Source of the DNA: a virus
Lineage: Duplodnaviria > Heunggongvirae > Uroviricota > Caudoviricetes
Reading direction: 5' to 3' (one strand)
Virus record (IMG/VR): IMGVR_UViG_3300034104_004745
Span: 1 to 64,000 of that record
DNA length: 64,000 nt
Below, in pieces: positions 18,123 through 27,615 of the stretch. Every line of letters begins with the position of its first letter. The stretch's first letter is position 1. Both the position numbers and the translations under genes were made by a program. The notes below the pieces were generated by a model. The model was not told the origin of the DNA, made no database searches, and was given only the letters and a program-made list of their open reading frames with translations.

Positions 18123-18533
18123 TTACCTATTATCGATAATTTTAATATAATTGTCTTGGAAATCGCTACCAATTTTATTAAGAACTGACTTAGCTTTTAG
18201 TCTAAAATCATCATCATTTTCACAATGATCCTTAAATTTCAGTAACAAATTTCTTATGGTTGTATGGTCCCTATCCTCTAATAATTTACCAATATCGGTT
18301 AGGGTAGCTCTATGTTTTATTTTCAAAGCTGCACACAATATTTTGCGAGCATCAACAATAGTTCTTTTTCTACAATGAGAAATAATTTGTTCTTTGGTAA
18401 CAAAACATTCTTTACATACCACTTCGAAAATTTCTTCTTGATTGACTTGTATGTTTTCGAAATTAACGAAAGGAAACTTTTCTTTTTCCAATAAGGATAT
18501 TTTCAATCCTGGAAAAACATATGGATTCACCAT
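18123..18533 (-). CDS. DnaA domain IV-like DNA-binding protein (136 aa), i.e. the DnaA C-terminal helix-turn-helix domain alone.
   Basis: CRKRTIVDARKILCAALKIKHRATLTDIGKLLEDRDHTTIRNLL aligns with the DnaA C-terminus (..RR.R.V.ARQ.AMYL.KELT..SL.EIG..FGGRDHTTVLHA). Confidence 0.6.
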   Translation of the reverse strand: MVNPYVFPGLKISLLEKEKFPFVNFENIQVNQEEIFEVVCKECFVTKEQIISHCRKRTIVDARKILCAALKIKHRATLTDIGKLLEDRDHTTIRNLLLKFKDHCENDDDFRLKAKSVLNKIGSDFQDNYIKIIDNR

Positions 18534-18587
18534 GTTGAATAATTTTGTAACAAAAATAGTCTAAATTTGTTACAGTGACAAATATTT

Positions 18588-19238
18588 CTAGAACGGCATT
18601 TCATCTAGAACCCCATAGATTTCTGGTTTACTACCAAATCTATTGGTTACAATCTTATATATTGTACGTGTTAATTCAATATCATATTGAGCGTCATGAA
18701 GCTTAGACTCATCAATCTCAATACCTACAGCTGTAGCCACGCTCATCAATTTAAAGTTTGGCATAGCAACTCTTTTCTCTAAAAGATATTCAGATGCTAA
18801 TACCATAACATCCAATGAATTACCCCAGAAGTATGAATTAAAGAAATCATCTTTCTGGTGAATCTCATACCATCTTCTTAAAAATGGATTATCAAAAGAT
18901 GCGTTGTTATAACCAACTAAAAACATCTTATCTGTTTTTTTATACCTGTTGATATATCTATTGATCATCGCCATAAACTTAGCAAACATAGCCTCTGACG
19001 GTTCATAAGTAGCCAGCATTTCCATTGTTACATTAGATACCTCCAATGCTTTAGGTTCAATAACTGCGCCTTCGTATGGTTGCATCTTGAAGTTAAATTC
19101 TTCAACGACAGTTCCATCTATCTCGATACAACCTGAAAATTGATGGATAGCATTTGTGCGATAGTCTAACCCAGTTGTCTCCAGGTCAAAGAAAAGTTTT
19201 TTGATCATGATATTGTTTGTTAATGGTTGATGACCCAA
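18588..19238 (-). CDS. DnaQ-like 3'-5' exonuclease (DEDDh family).
   Basis: Exo I FFDLETTG, Exo II NASFDNPFL, Exo III HDAQYD. An alternative ATG at 19208 (MIKKLFFD) would remove the 19-nt overlap with the upstream gene. Confidence 0.65.
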   Translation of the reverse strand: MGHQPLTNNIMIKKLFFDLETTGLDYRTNAIHQFSGCIEIDGTVVEEFNFKMQPYEGAVIEPKALEVSNVTMEMLATYEPSEAMFAKFMAMINRYINRYKKTDKMFLVGYNNASFDNPFLRRWYEIHQKDDFFNSYFWGNSLDVMVLASEYLLEKRVAMPNFKLMSVATAVGIEIDESKLHDAQYDIELTRTIYKIVTNRFGSKPEIYGVLDEMPF

Positions 19239-19687
19239 ATTCTCAGGTCTGAAAGTTTAGATAAAGTTTTTCTTTTGTTTTTTGGTGAAGATAAGATTAC
19301 AAGATCATCATCTGTTATCTCTGTTAAGATCCATTTAGCCATCGGATTAGCCCAGGATGTTGTATATTCACCACCAATCTCAATCTTATCAGGTATTTTT
19401 TTGGTGTATTGAGTTTCTGAATTTTGTCTCTTCATATCCCAATGAATAAAATCTAGTTTAAAATGCTTACAAAACCTTCTTAGAAGTGTATCCTTCGACT
19501 CTACGGTTGTTTTGTTGGTATTTGTATTCAGGACTTTAAAAACGAAAGGATTGTTCTTAAATGGTAAAAGATCAACAACGTATGTTACTTTTTCGGTATC
19601 AACAGCAATCTGATCTTTAGAGTGTTCTCTAAAGGGTATATTGTATTTTGTGAATAAATCTCGATTTTTTGTTGATTGACCTGCCAT
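19220..19687 (-). CDS. Hypothetical protein (155 aa).
   Basis: ORF. Confidence 0.5.
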   Translation of the reverse strand: MAGQSTKNRDLFTKYNIPFREHSKDQIAVDTEKVTYVVDLLPFKNNPFVFKVLNTNTNKTTVESKDTLLRRFCKHFKLDFIHWDMKRQNSETQYTKKIPDKIEIGGEYTTSWANPMAKWILTEITDDDLVILSSPKNKRKTLSKLSDLRIWVINH

Positions 19688-19731
19688 TGAAACTAATATA
19701 GTGAATTTTGTTTAAAAAAAGAAAATTTGAT

Positions 19732-20208
19732 TTAATTTTCTTTTGATTTGTCCCATTTAGCTTTTCTTGCTTCTGGCGACAATTGAACATGCTCCTCTAT
19801 TGTATGAGGAATGTTAACCCTAACACATGTTTGTTGTAAACGGCAATTCATTAAATAGTTGTTTATATACCCCATCATGTTGGCGCTACCTATAGGATTT
19901 GCTGAATGTACATAAACTTGAGGAATGGGGATTCCTGTCTCAATACTTTTGTTTACTAACCATTTGCAGCAATCATAACCAGTTTTTTCTTGGATATTAG
20001 AATAATCTAATTGATAGTTGTTTCTAACATTTGTATAATATTCAGTCATCGCCTCATCACCTAAATCATGATCTAAAGATATTGTTTCAATATTCTCTAG
20101 ACCATGATACATAATAGTGCTTACAAACGCTTCGTAATCCCTAACTACAGTCCAACCCTCAACAGTAGGGGTTCTTACGTCATCTAAATAAATGCTTATT
20201 CTTTCCAT
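19732..20208 (-). CDS. Hypothetical protein (158 aa) with SLDHDLG and HSANP motifs.
   Basis: ORF. The motifs suggest an enzyme, but no family was identified. Confidence 0.5.
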   Translation of the reverse strand: MERISIYLDDVRTPTVEGWTVVRDYEAFVSTIMYHGLENIETISLDHDLGDEAMTEYYTNVRNNYQLDYSNIQEKTGYDCCKWLVNKSIETGIPIPQVYVHSANPIGSANMMGYINNYLMNCRLQQTCVRVNIPHTIEEHVQLSPEARKAKWDKSKEN

Positions 20209-20350
20209 TATGATTTTTTTCTGTGAAGACCCTTCTGCTGATTAAGCTTTCTGGATTTCTTCGCCATTTGTGCCCTGTTTTTTTGTTTTTTCTCTTTTTT
20301 TGTTAACATTTTAATTGATTTTATATCAATTAAATATGTGTTAACCGCTA

Positions 20351-21280
20351 TTAGTTTACTGGTTTATAGAGCATTGGCGCTGCACCATAAACTGGAAGCT
20401 TACCATCCCACTTGTTAATCCATTCTAATTGTAATAACATTGGGGTGATTGTCTTCTGCTTTAAGCTATTCGCTTCAGCTTCAGCCTTTGCTGATGTTAA
20501 CATAGCTTGAGCATTACCTTGTGCTGTAGCAACTTTGATCTTAGCTTCAGCCTCCGCTTGTTTAACTTTGTTCTCAGCCATCAATGCACCTTGAACAGCA
20601 TTATTCTTAGCTTCAATAGCTTTCTTAAATGTTTCTGGATATAATAGATTAGAAGTGAATTGTGTGATAACAAATCCTTCCTTACCTAATTCACCATCTA
20701 AGATTCTACGGACTTCAATTTCAAACTTCTGACGATTACTAATCAATTCATCGGCAGTATAAACGTTGGTTGCTAATCTGAATGCATCAAACACCGCAGT
20801 CTTTAAAAACCCTTCTTCTATTTGATCTAAACTTCTTCTATACTTCGCAAAGATTTGTGGAACCTTATCTCTCTGTACTGAGTAGTTAATAATCGGAGAC
20901 ACGTGAAACTCACTACCATCTTTACTGTTTACTACGAATGAATTCTCGCCAGTGTATTCTTTATGTTGGATAAATGTAGGGAACTCATAGATACTGTGTG
21001 TAATTGGATTGAAGAATACCATACCGGTTACTTCTACCACATCACTAACACCTTTGTTGTCACCATACTGGTTTACTTTAACACCTACGTGTCCTGCGTC
21101 AATTCTCTCGCAAGAGAAGAATAAAAAAGTTAATGTAAAAAATGCGGCTACGCCGATTAAAATGGTTCTCATAATTTGTTTTTGTTTTATTTGTTTGTTT
21201 AGTTTTTCTTCTTGTTCTTGTTTAGCACGCTCAATTAATCTTTGAGCTCGCTTTTCTTGTTCTTCTTCCCAATATCCCAT
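20351..21280 (-). CDS. SPFH/band-7 (stomatin/prohibitin-like) domain protein with an N-terminal TM anchor.
   Basis: N-terminal TM anchor. The IDAGHVGVKVNQYG...FFNP block is typical of SPFH. Coiled-coil AEAKIKVATAQG C-terminal region. Confidence 0.6.
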   Translation of the reverse strand: MGYWEEEQEKRAQRLIERAKQEQEEKLNKQIKQKQIMRTILIGVAAFFTLTFLFFSCERIDAGHVGVKVNQYGDNKGVSDVVEVTGMVFFNPITHSIYEFPTFIQHKEYTGENSFVVNSKDGSEFHVSPIINYSVQRDKVPQIFAKYRRSLDQIEEGFLKTAVFDAFRLATNVYTADELISNRQKFEIEVRRILDGELGKEGFVITQFTSNLLYPETFKKAIEAKNNAVQGALMAENKVKQAEAEAKIKVATAQGNAQAMLTSAKAEAEANSLKQKTITPMLLQLEWINKWDGKLPVYGAAPMLYKPVN

Positions 21281-21281
21281 A

Positions 21282-21683
21282 TTATTTATTGTTTATTTTT
21301 TTAACTGGATGATGTGGCGGTAAAGGATATTCCGATTTCTTTTTCTTTCTACTTTTTAGAAATGGCTCGTCACTTTTAACACCATCAAATTGTTTTGGAT
21401 TTTTTTTCTTTTTTGGTTTTAATTCTTCCGGGCTAATATAATCCAGTTCAGTTTCACCCGGCTCAACATGCGTGAATGTTTCATATAATTTATCAGCCTT
21501 CAGATAATAAAAAATAAATGTTAGTGTGAACACACCAACCAACGCGGAGATAATGTTTAATATTGTGTTAGCAGCTGTTAGTCCTGGAAACACAATGAAT
21601 GTAAAAATTGCGAATGCTCCGAAGCCAACAAAAACAGGTGATGATGTTTTCTCGGAGAAAACTTTTTTAAATAGTTCTTTCAT
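21282..21683 (-). CDS. Membrane protein (133 aa, 2 TM segments) with a Lys-rich C-terminal tail, overlapping the SPFH gene by 1 nt.
   Basis: ORF translationally coupled to the SPFH gene. Confidence 0.5.
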   Translation of the reverse strand: MKELFKKVFSEKTSSPVFVGFGAFAIFTFIVFPGLTAANTILNIISALVGVFTLTFIFYYLKADKLYETFTHVEPGETELDYISPEELKPKKKKNPKQFDGVKSDEPFLKSRKKKKSEYPLPPHHPVKKINNK

Positions 21684-21775
21684 TTTTTGGGTTTAATTAT
21701 TGTTATTATGGATGGTTGGGTTCAAAGTTTCAATTAAATAAATCTTAAAGGAAGTTTTAAGTTTGAGGAATAAAT

Positions 21776-21805
21776 GTTGATTCGTTGATTGTTAATTGTT
21801 GAATT
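21776..21805. repeat. Four tandem GTTGAWT(T) direct repeats inside a 226-nt intergenic region (GTTGATTcGTTGATTGTTAATTGTTGAATT).
   Basis: Read directly from the sequence. Iteron-like or operator-like. Confidence 0.3.
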
Positions 21806-21909
21806 CATTAACGATATCTATTCATCAGGCTTTGTAGATTAATATGTCAAATGACTTGTGGCCATTCGTCTTAATTTAATTAACATCCACCTATCCCCCA
21901 ACCAATATT

Positions 21910-22362
21910 TTATTCACCAGAACCTAAATCAATTATTGTTACGTGGTTCCAGTGATCTAATTCATCTTGAAGTTGTTCGATTCTTGATTCTAAATTTTTA
22001 ACAATCTTATCTCTCTCAACAACATTGATCTCAGCATGCTTCACTACCGGTTCACCTTCACCCCATCTTCCACCAGCTACCTTACCAGAAGAACAGTTTA
22101 AAGATTTAAGGTGTTTTATTTGATTTTTAAGCTCAGATATTTCAAATATCTTATCATAAACCGGTACATTAGCTTTGTGAATCGCAGTTTTTAAAACGAT
22201 CAAATCGTTTGTTAATTGCATCCATTTACCAATTGCTTCTGTTGCAGAGTATGGACGTGGATTACCTTCATCAACAACATTATATTGTGATGCTTTATGA
22301 AACTCTTCACTAATCATCCCGACTAGTTTGTTTTTCTTTTTAAGTGCTTGTTTGATATTCAT
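21910..22362 (-). CDS. Hypothetical coiled-coil protein (150 aa).
   Basis: ORF. Confidence 0.5.
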   Translation of the reverse strand: MNIKQALKKKNKLVGMISEEFHKASQYNVVDEGNPRPYSATEAIGKWMQLTNDLIVLKTAIHKANVPVYDKIFEISELKNQIKHLKSLNCSSGKVAGGRWGEGEPVVKHAEINVVERDKIVKNLESRIEQLQDELDHWNHVTIIDLGSGE

Positions 22363-22513
22363 ATTGTTTTATTTTAAAATTTACCCCATTGAGATTTATC
22401 TCTGTTTTGTTCTGCGATTTTGAATCCCAACCACACCTCTTTAAAAAATTGTTTGATTGTGTTAATTATCGATTTCATAATCTAATATAGATAAAATTGT
22501 TTAAATAAAAAAA

Positions 22514-23167
22514 TTACCCCTCAATATTTTGAATATCATCTGTGTGATGATCTATCGGCCCCATCTCACTACCAATTTCTTTTTTCTTCAACAACTTAAT
22601 TACTTCGTGTAGATTGTACGGTTCAAAGTCTGGATTACCATCCATACCCACATCCATTCTTCTACCGTTACTAATCTTTTGATTGTGTGGTAAATGACAG
22701 TGCCCATGCAAATGAATGCGACCTTTTCTTAACCCATTCCAACTTGATATCGGATAGTGACAACATTCAATCGTTTCACCCATGTACTCAAACTGATCAA
22801 ACCAATTCACACTTTTAAATAACTTTCTAATATCACCACGATTTCTATCTATGTGATGATCATGATTACCTAATATCAAGTGTATGTTTTTACAAATCAA
22901 TCTGTTATGAAACTCTTCAATATTTTCAAATCCACTAAATGACCAATCACCTAAATGAATCAACACATCGTCTTGACCAACACAAGTGTTTATGTTATTA
23001 ACAATGGTTGCGTTCATTTTTTCTATTGTATCAAATGGTCTGGTCTGCGCTTCTGGTACATCACCATTGGGTAAACGCCACTTAGTCACACCACGACATA
23101 TGTTTTTATGCGAGTAGTGCGTATCGGATGTTATCCAAACTTTTATATTATCATCTAACTTTATCAT
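22514..23167 (-). CDS. Calcineurin-like metallophosphoesterase. The start is re-called to the ATG at 23167; the track begins at a TTG.
   Basis: Motifs SDTHY, GDWSFSG and GNHDHH plus a C-terminal HLHGHCH. The ATG overlaps the upstream stop (TAATG). Confidence 0.65.
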   Translation of the reverse strand: MIKLDDNIKVWITSDTHYSHKNICRGVTKWRLPNGDVPEAQTRPFDTIEKMNATIVNNINTCVGQDDVLIHLGDWSFSGFENIEEFHNRLICKNIHLILGNHDHHIDRNRGDIRKLFKSVNWFDQFEYMGETIECCHYPISSWNGLRKGRIHLHGHCHLPHNQKISNGRRMDVGMDGNPDFEPYNLHEVIKLLKKKEIGSEMGPIDHHTDDIQNIEG

Positions 23168-23670
23168 TAGCAAAAATCTGTTGATGAACTTACACGAAGC
23201 CCATCTATTATTAAATCATCATACTTTTCATCATCGGTCCAGAATGATCCATGTCCTTTGGCTCTTTCTTTTATTCGATATATTTCATTAACAATCAAAC
23301 CATCCGGTTGTCCCCATTCAAGTGCCATTGTTATAAACTCTTCAACATCCTGTTCCTCACCATACTCATCAACAACTCTACCAGAACGAATATATTCTAG
23401 TAAACTTTCTTTATCTGAATAGTATTTTTCTTTATGGAAGTTCCAGCAGAATTTCCACCCCATGCTTCTCTTACCAAGATGGACATTTGTATCTTCTAGG
23501 AACATATCCCATGGTGAAAACCATTCCCAATCTTTTCTTGGGCTAATGATTTTAAATCCACCCTCAATGTTTTCTGGGGATAAGTCAAGGTTAGTCACAA
23601 ACCCAATAAGAGTTTGTTTACGAGCTTCCATCTCCTCTTGTGTTGGTATTCTATAATAATTTGTGCTCAT
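23167..23670 (-). CDS. Hypothetical protein (167 aa).
   Basis: ORF. Confidence 0.5.
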   Translation of the reverse strand: MSTNYYRIPTQEEMEARKQTLIGFVTNLDLSPENIEGGFKIISPRKDWEWFSPWDMFLEDTNVHLGKRSMGWKFCWNFHKEKYYSDKESLLEYIRSGRVVDEYGEEQDVEEFITMALEWGQPDGLIVNEIYRIKERAKGHGSFWTDDEKYDDLIIDGLRVSSSTDFC

Positions 23671-23751
23671 GTAAGTAAATGTTCTTACGCAAATATAGAT
23701 ATTATTTTCATGAAATCAAAAAATATGGATACAGAATCATATATTTTTTCT

Positions 23752-23766
23752 TGATATTTATATTAT
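23752..23766 (+). promoter_or_regulatory. Start-proximal motif GATATTTATATTATT immediately 5' of the ATG at 23768 (sense copy of ATATTTATAT).
   Basis: Same motif family as found upstream of the minus-strand gene starts. Confidence 0.3.
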
Positions 23767-23767
23767 T

Positions 23768-24319
23768 ATGGGGATAAGCATTATTTTAACAGAGGCTCAA
23801 GTAGCTAACCTAGAGAAAAAAGTCGGTAAAATTGACCTAAACGAGTTCAACGTTTCGTTGTCTTGTACGAATATGACCTACGAGGCTTTAACATCTTTCT
23901 TAAACGGAAAAGAACAAAAGAAATTGGGTAACAACACAATAGTTCATATGATTAGAAACTGGGACACTAATGAAGAAGAGGTGGCAGTTAAATACTATGC
24001 CACAGATATTCTTAGTATTAATTCAGAAAATATTGTAACATTAAAAACCAATAACCATAATACAGCAACTACTAAAGCTAGATTAAACCAATTTTTAAGT
24101 TGCAGAGGCACTTACATATATCAAAAAAACCATGAGTGGTATATCAAAAATGAGATAGAAACTGTTGAATTTAGAGATGGTATACAAATTTTACCTGATG
24201 GTCAATTTCATATGCAAGGTCATATAGACCATAACAAAATACAAACGTATTTGGATAGGGCAAAATCATTGGATATTGATCCAAAATACAGAGAACTTTA
24301 TGGTTTATCTGACGATTAA
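23768..24319 (+). CDS. Hypothetical protein (183 aa).
   Basis: Plus-strand ORF in a divergent arrangement. Its 3' end overlaps the 3' end of 24316..27414. Confidence 0.5.
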   Translation: MGISIILTEAQVANLEKKVGKIDLNEFNVSLSCTNMTYEALTSFLNGKEQKKLGNNTIVHMIRNWDTNEEEVAVKYYATDILSINSENIVTLKTNNHNTATTKARLNQFLSCRGTYIYQKNHEWYIKNEIETVEFRDGIQILPDGQFHMQGHIDHNKIQTYLDRAKSLDIDPKYRELYGLSDD

Positions 24320-27300
24320 GATTTCATAGTAAACTTACTGTAATCACCGGTTTGGTGATTGTACTTATAAAATATATCTTGTAAGTTCTTAATGATATAG
24401 GTTTTACCTGAAAGATCTATTTTATTTAAAGTTACACCCTTAAATTGTGGATGTAAAACTACTTCACCATTTTGTTTAATCAACCCCCAAAGATTTTCTT
24501 CAGTTTTAACCGCAATATTACCGTTTTTGTCTATAGGACTATTTTCTACATATCTAGCCAAGAATGGAACAACATCGGTACACGAGAATATGGTTCTTTT
24601 AATACCTTTAGCTGATAATATATCAATGTGTTCTTGTTCACTAAACTTCCTAAACCCATGATCGATATACTCACAGAACATTGTGTAATATTCAAATAGA
24701 TCTTGTGAAATTTCTTTTAGACTATCAGTAAACATTTCTTTCATTTCTTCTTCAGATACATTATCAATTTTTCTGATCAACGCATCATTCATTTTAGAAC
24801 CGAAGAATGACATGAAATTTCTTTTAACATCACCACTAATCCTTCTAAAGTCATTTACAACTTTGAATATGGTTTTGTCATTAAACTTATCAGCGAACTC
24901 TTGACCCTTATCCATATCTGATGCTGTTTTTAATAGTTCAGCCTTGATTTCATTTGAATAGTTATCAAAATTTAATTCCCCACTAAGAATTGCATTAATA
25001 ATTTCTGGCCAACTACCTTTATCATTAATATTAAATCTTAATGCTGGGTTAGCATCATAAACTCTTTGTAAATTCTGTGGAGATAAATCTGATAATTGAA
25101 AATTATCACCATACCTATGAACACCTTGCGATGTTAATTGAGTAACCGGAAATCTAGTATTAATTAAGAAGTCAACAATTTGTGGGTGCAATCTCGATGT
25201 TGGTTTTTTATTACCGTGTCTATGGAAATCACCAAGAACACCACCTGGTCTGTAATCTACCGTTATCAAGGATTCACCTTCACCAAAATCATTTATACCT
25301 CTTAGTGATATTAACTTACTACCTGGTGTATTTGCTCTTGCACAGTGACCCATTCTTTCAGCTTCTTGAGAACAATAGTTTTTATGTAAGTTAACCCAAT
25401 AGTAACCAATACCTTTATCATTTCTATAATCAATAAACACATCACCCTTTTCAGTATAGTTAGATTCCTTTCTTGCTTCTAATGTATCATGCCATTCTTC
25501 TGCTTGAGTGTAAGCATCTTGAAATGACATTTGGCGAATGTTTAATTGCTCTCTTCTAGGCGCTCTAAACCAATGTAAAATATATTCATAGGCGCTCTTA
25601 TATCTTCGGTCCCAAACATTACTTCCCTCAGGCCCATCACTATTTAATAAACCAACAACGTATCTTTCTGGTTCTTCATCACTTGGTATTTGAGTTTCTT
25701 TAATGATTTCTTTTAAGAAACTACCAGCTATCCAAATCGATATCTTCTTACTTAACATATGGAACTCGTTTGCCCATTCATCGTTAAACCCTAAAACGTT
25801 TTTGATTGCTTGTCTCTTATCTGATTCAATTAATAACTCTTCAGCTAATGTGGTTGTTTGATTTCTGGTTTTTAATTGAGCATAGATCGGAGCATTCTTA
25901 TCTCTGATATTTCCAATTAACTTTTTTAAACCAGCTTCATATGTTCCCGCTTCAGCGTACGCATAACCATTTTCGTTTTTAAAATCATTAACCAAATCTG
26001 ATGCTGTTTTACCTTTTACAAGATATTTTCTAGCAATTAAATCATAGTAAAGATTTACACCATCTTTAAAACTTGCTTGTGGATTATCCTTTTTTGCTGT
26101 GTTACCAACATTAAAAGGATTTTTAGTTTTGATTGGTCTATCGTTAGGATTAGTACTAAGACCGCCCTCTAAAGTTAATTGAGCTAATGCCAATTCTGGT
26201 GGTACATATTTTCCATATCTCTTAAATACCCTTTCAGCAGCAACTGCCATCATCTCCCCACTCACTTGAGCACTAGGGTTTCTTAATCGAATAAAGTTGT
26301 CACATATTTTTTTATATGATTCAACACCTTCTCCAGTATTTAAATCTAAATCAGTAAAATCAATCGAACCTCCAGTTGTAACTGCAGGGTCAATATGTTT
26401 TTTAATATCGTCAGATGTAATATTTTTTGATTTTAAATCACTAATCAATTGTTTAACCATTTCTGTAGATATGGTTGCGCCGCCTAAAACAGTTTCAGAA
26501 TTTCCACTATCATAGTAGGTGCCGATAGATGAACCAAAATATTGCATTGGATCAACTCTTTGACCATTTTTCTTAAGTGTTAAGTGTAAGTGAGGTCCTT
26601 TTGAATTTCCTGAACCTCGAGCACCGACAGCACCTCCGGTTAATCCTATCACGTGACCTTGATTAATAACATCTCCAGTCTTTACATTTATACCAGATAA
26701 ATGACAATAACTACTTCTTAAGCCTTCAGCATGTTCGATTGATATACCATCACCACATCTTGAATCTAAAGAACCAGCAGCTATTACTTTACCATCTGCG
26801 ATTGCTTTAATTGGTGTACCAACTTTAGCTCCGATATCTATACCACCATGAATTCTATTTCCTCTTTTTTCATTAAAACCATGTCTAATATCACTTGTAA
26901 TTGGTACTGGTGTTATCAATACCATTTCATTTAGATCGGTAGCATTCGATTGGGCAGCAGCGTTTACTTCTGCTGTATCGTCATCAACAATATCTTTATC
27001 TTGTTTGTATTTGTTTACAGCCGCTGCTGTTTCTGGGCCAAATAATCCGTCAGTACCAAATTTAGGAAAACTGTAACCCAATAATTGTAAACCAATTTGT
27101 ACAGCTTCAACCCCTTGTTGTCTGGTCATTGAACCAAACTTTTGCTGTGTAATTGGAGATTTTATACTATCAAGTACCTTGTAGAAGTCATCAACATTAG
27201 CACTAATAAAATCTGCTTTATCTGCTATATCAGTACTTTTTTTCTCAACTGGAACATCTAATCCTGAAATAAAATCCTTAACTGCGTCAATTCCTTTATT

Positions 27301-27414
27301 TGCGTAATCCGCTCCTTTGGATATTAAATCATCCAAAACGTCTTCATTGATGTTCTCGTTTGAGAGTCTGCGTTTTAACCTTACAATCTGGTCTTCGTTA
27401 AATATAAATCTCAT
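24316..27414 (-). CDS. Multidomain peptidoglycan hydrolase (1032 aa): PG_binding_1-like domain, M23 zinc endopeptidase, a glucosaminidase-like domain and a roughly 500-aa C-terminal region of unknown function. Likely a virion-associated lysin.
   Basis: M23 motifs HGGIDIG...D and GPHLHL. PG-binding block GLFGPETAAAVNKYKQ. Glucosaminidase-like block AQLTLEGGLSTNPND...NPFNVGN. Confidence 0.75.
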   Translation of the reverse strand: MRFIFNEDQIVRLKRRLSNENINEDVLDDLISKGADYANKGIDAVKDFISGLDVPVEKKSTDIADKADFISANVDDFYKVLDSIKSPITQQKFGSMTRQQGVEAVQIGLQLLGYSFPKFGTDGLFGPETAAAVNKYKQDKDIVDDDTAEVNAAAQSNATDLNEMVLITPVPITSDIRHGFNEKRGNRIHGGIDIGAKVGTPIKAIADGKVIAAGSLDSRCGDGISIEHAEGLRSSYCHLSGINVKTGDVINQGHVIGLTGGAVGARGSGNSKGPHLHLTLKKNGQRVDPMQYFGSSIGTYYDSGNSETVLGGATISTEMVKQLISDLKSKNITSDDIKKHIDPAVTTGGSIDFTDLDLNTGEGVESYKKICDNFIRLRNPSAQVSGEMMAVAAERVFKRYGKYVPPELALAQLTLEGGLSTNPNDRPIKTKNPFNVGNTAKKDNPQASFKDGVNLYYDLIARKYLVKGKTASDLVNDFKNENGYAYAEAGTYEAGLKKLIGNIRDKNAPIYAQLKTRNQTTTLAEELLIESDKRQAIKNVLGFNDEWANEFHMLSKKISIWIAGSFLKEIIKETQIPSDEEPERYVVGLLNSDGPEGSNVWDRRYKSAYEYILHWFRAPRREQLNIRQMSFQDAYTQAEEWHDTLEARKESNYTEKGDVFIDYRNDKGIGYYWVNLHKNYCSQEAERMGHCARANTPGSKLISLRGINDFGEGESLITVDYRPGGVLGDFHRHGNKKPTSRLHPQIVDFLINTRFPVTQLTSQGVHRYGDNFQLSDLSPQNLQRVYDANPALRFNINDKGSWPEIINAILSGELNFDNYSNEIKAELLKTASDMDKGQEFADKFNDKTIFKVVNDFRRISGDVKRNFMSFFGSKMNDALIRKIDNVSEEEMKEMFTDSLKEISQDLFEYYTMFCEYIDHGFRKFSEQEHIDILSAKGIKRTIFSCTDVVPFLARYVENSPIDKNGNIAVKTEENLWGLIKQNGEVVLHPQFKGVTLNKIDLSGKTYIIKNLQDIFYKYNHQTGDYSKFTMKS

Positions 27415-27443
27415 AACTTATAAATATCATGTTTAGTTAAGTT

Positions 27444-27611
27444 TTATCCGTTTCCTATTTGATTTTTATCATCTTCATCAAATACACCAAATAAATCATC
27501 CCCTTTGTAATCTGGGTGGTTTTTCATCATATAATCAATTCCAACCACCCATCTCCAGGAGATTAGGCCGACAACGATGAACATTAATCCAAAAACTGGT
27601 AAGTATTCCAT
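27444..27611 (-). CDS. Small membrane protein (55 aa).
   Basis: ATG at 27611. A single TM segment. Fills the gap between neighbouring genes. Confidence 0.3.
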   Translation of the reverse strand: MEYLPVFGLMFIVVGLISWRWVVGIDYMMKNHPDYKGDDLFGVFDEDDKNQIGNG

Positions 27612-27615
27612 ATGC

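Noticed and set aside
24330-24352. A perfect 7-bp inverted repeat, AATCACCggtttGGTGATT.
   Set aside because: It lies within the overlapping 3' coding ends of 23768..24319 and 24316..27414 and has no adjacent T-run on either strand. It may contribute to termination but cannot be supported as an independent feature.
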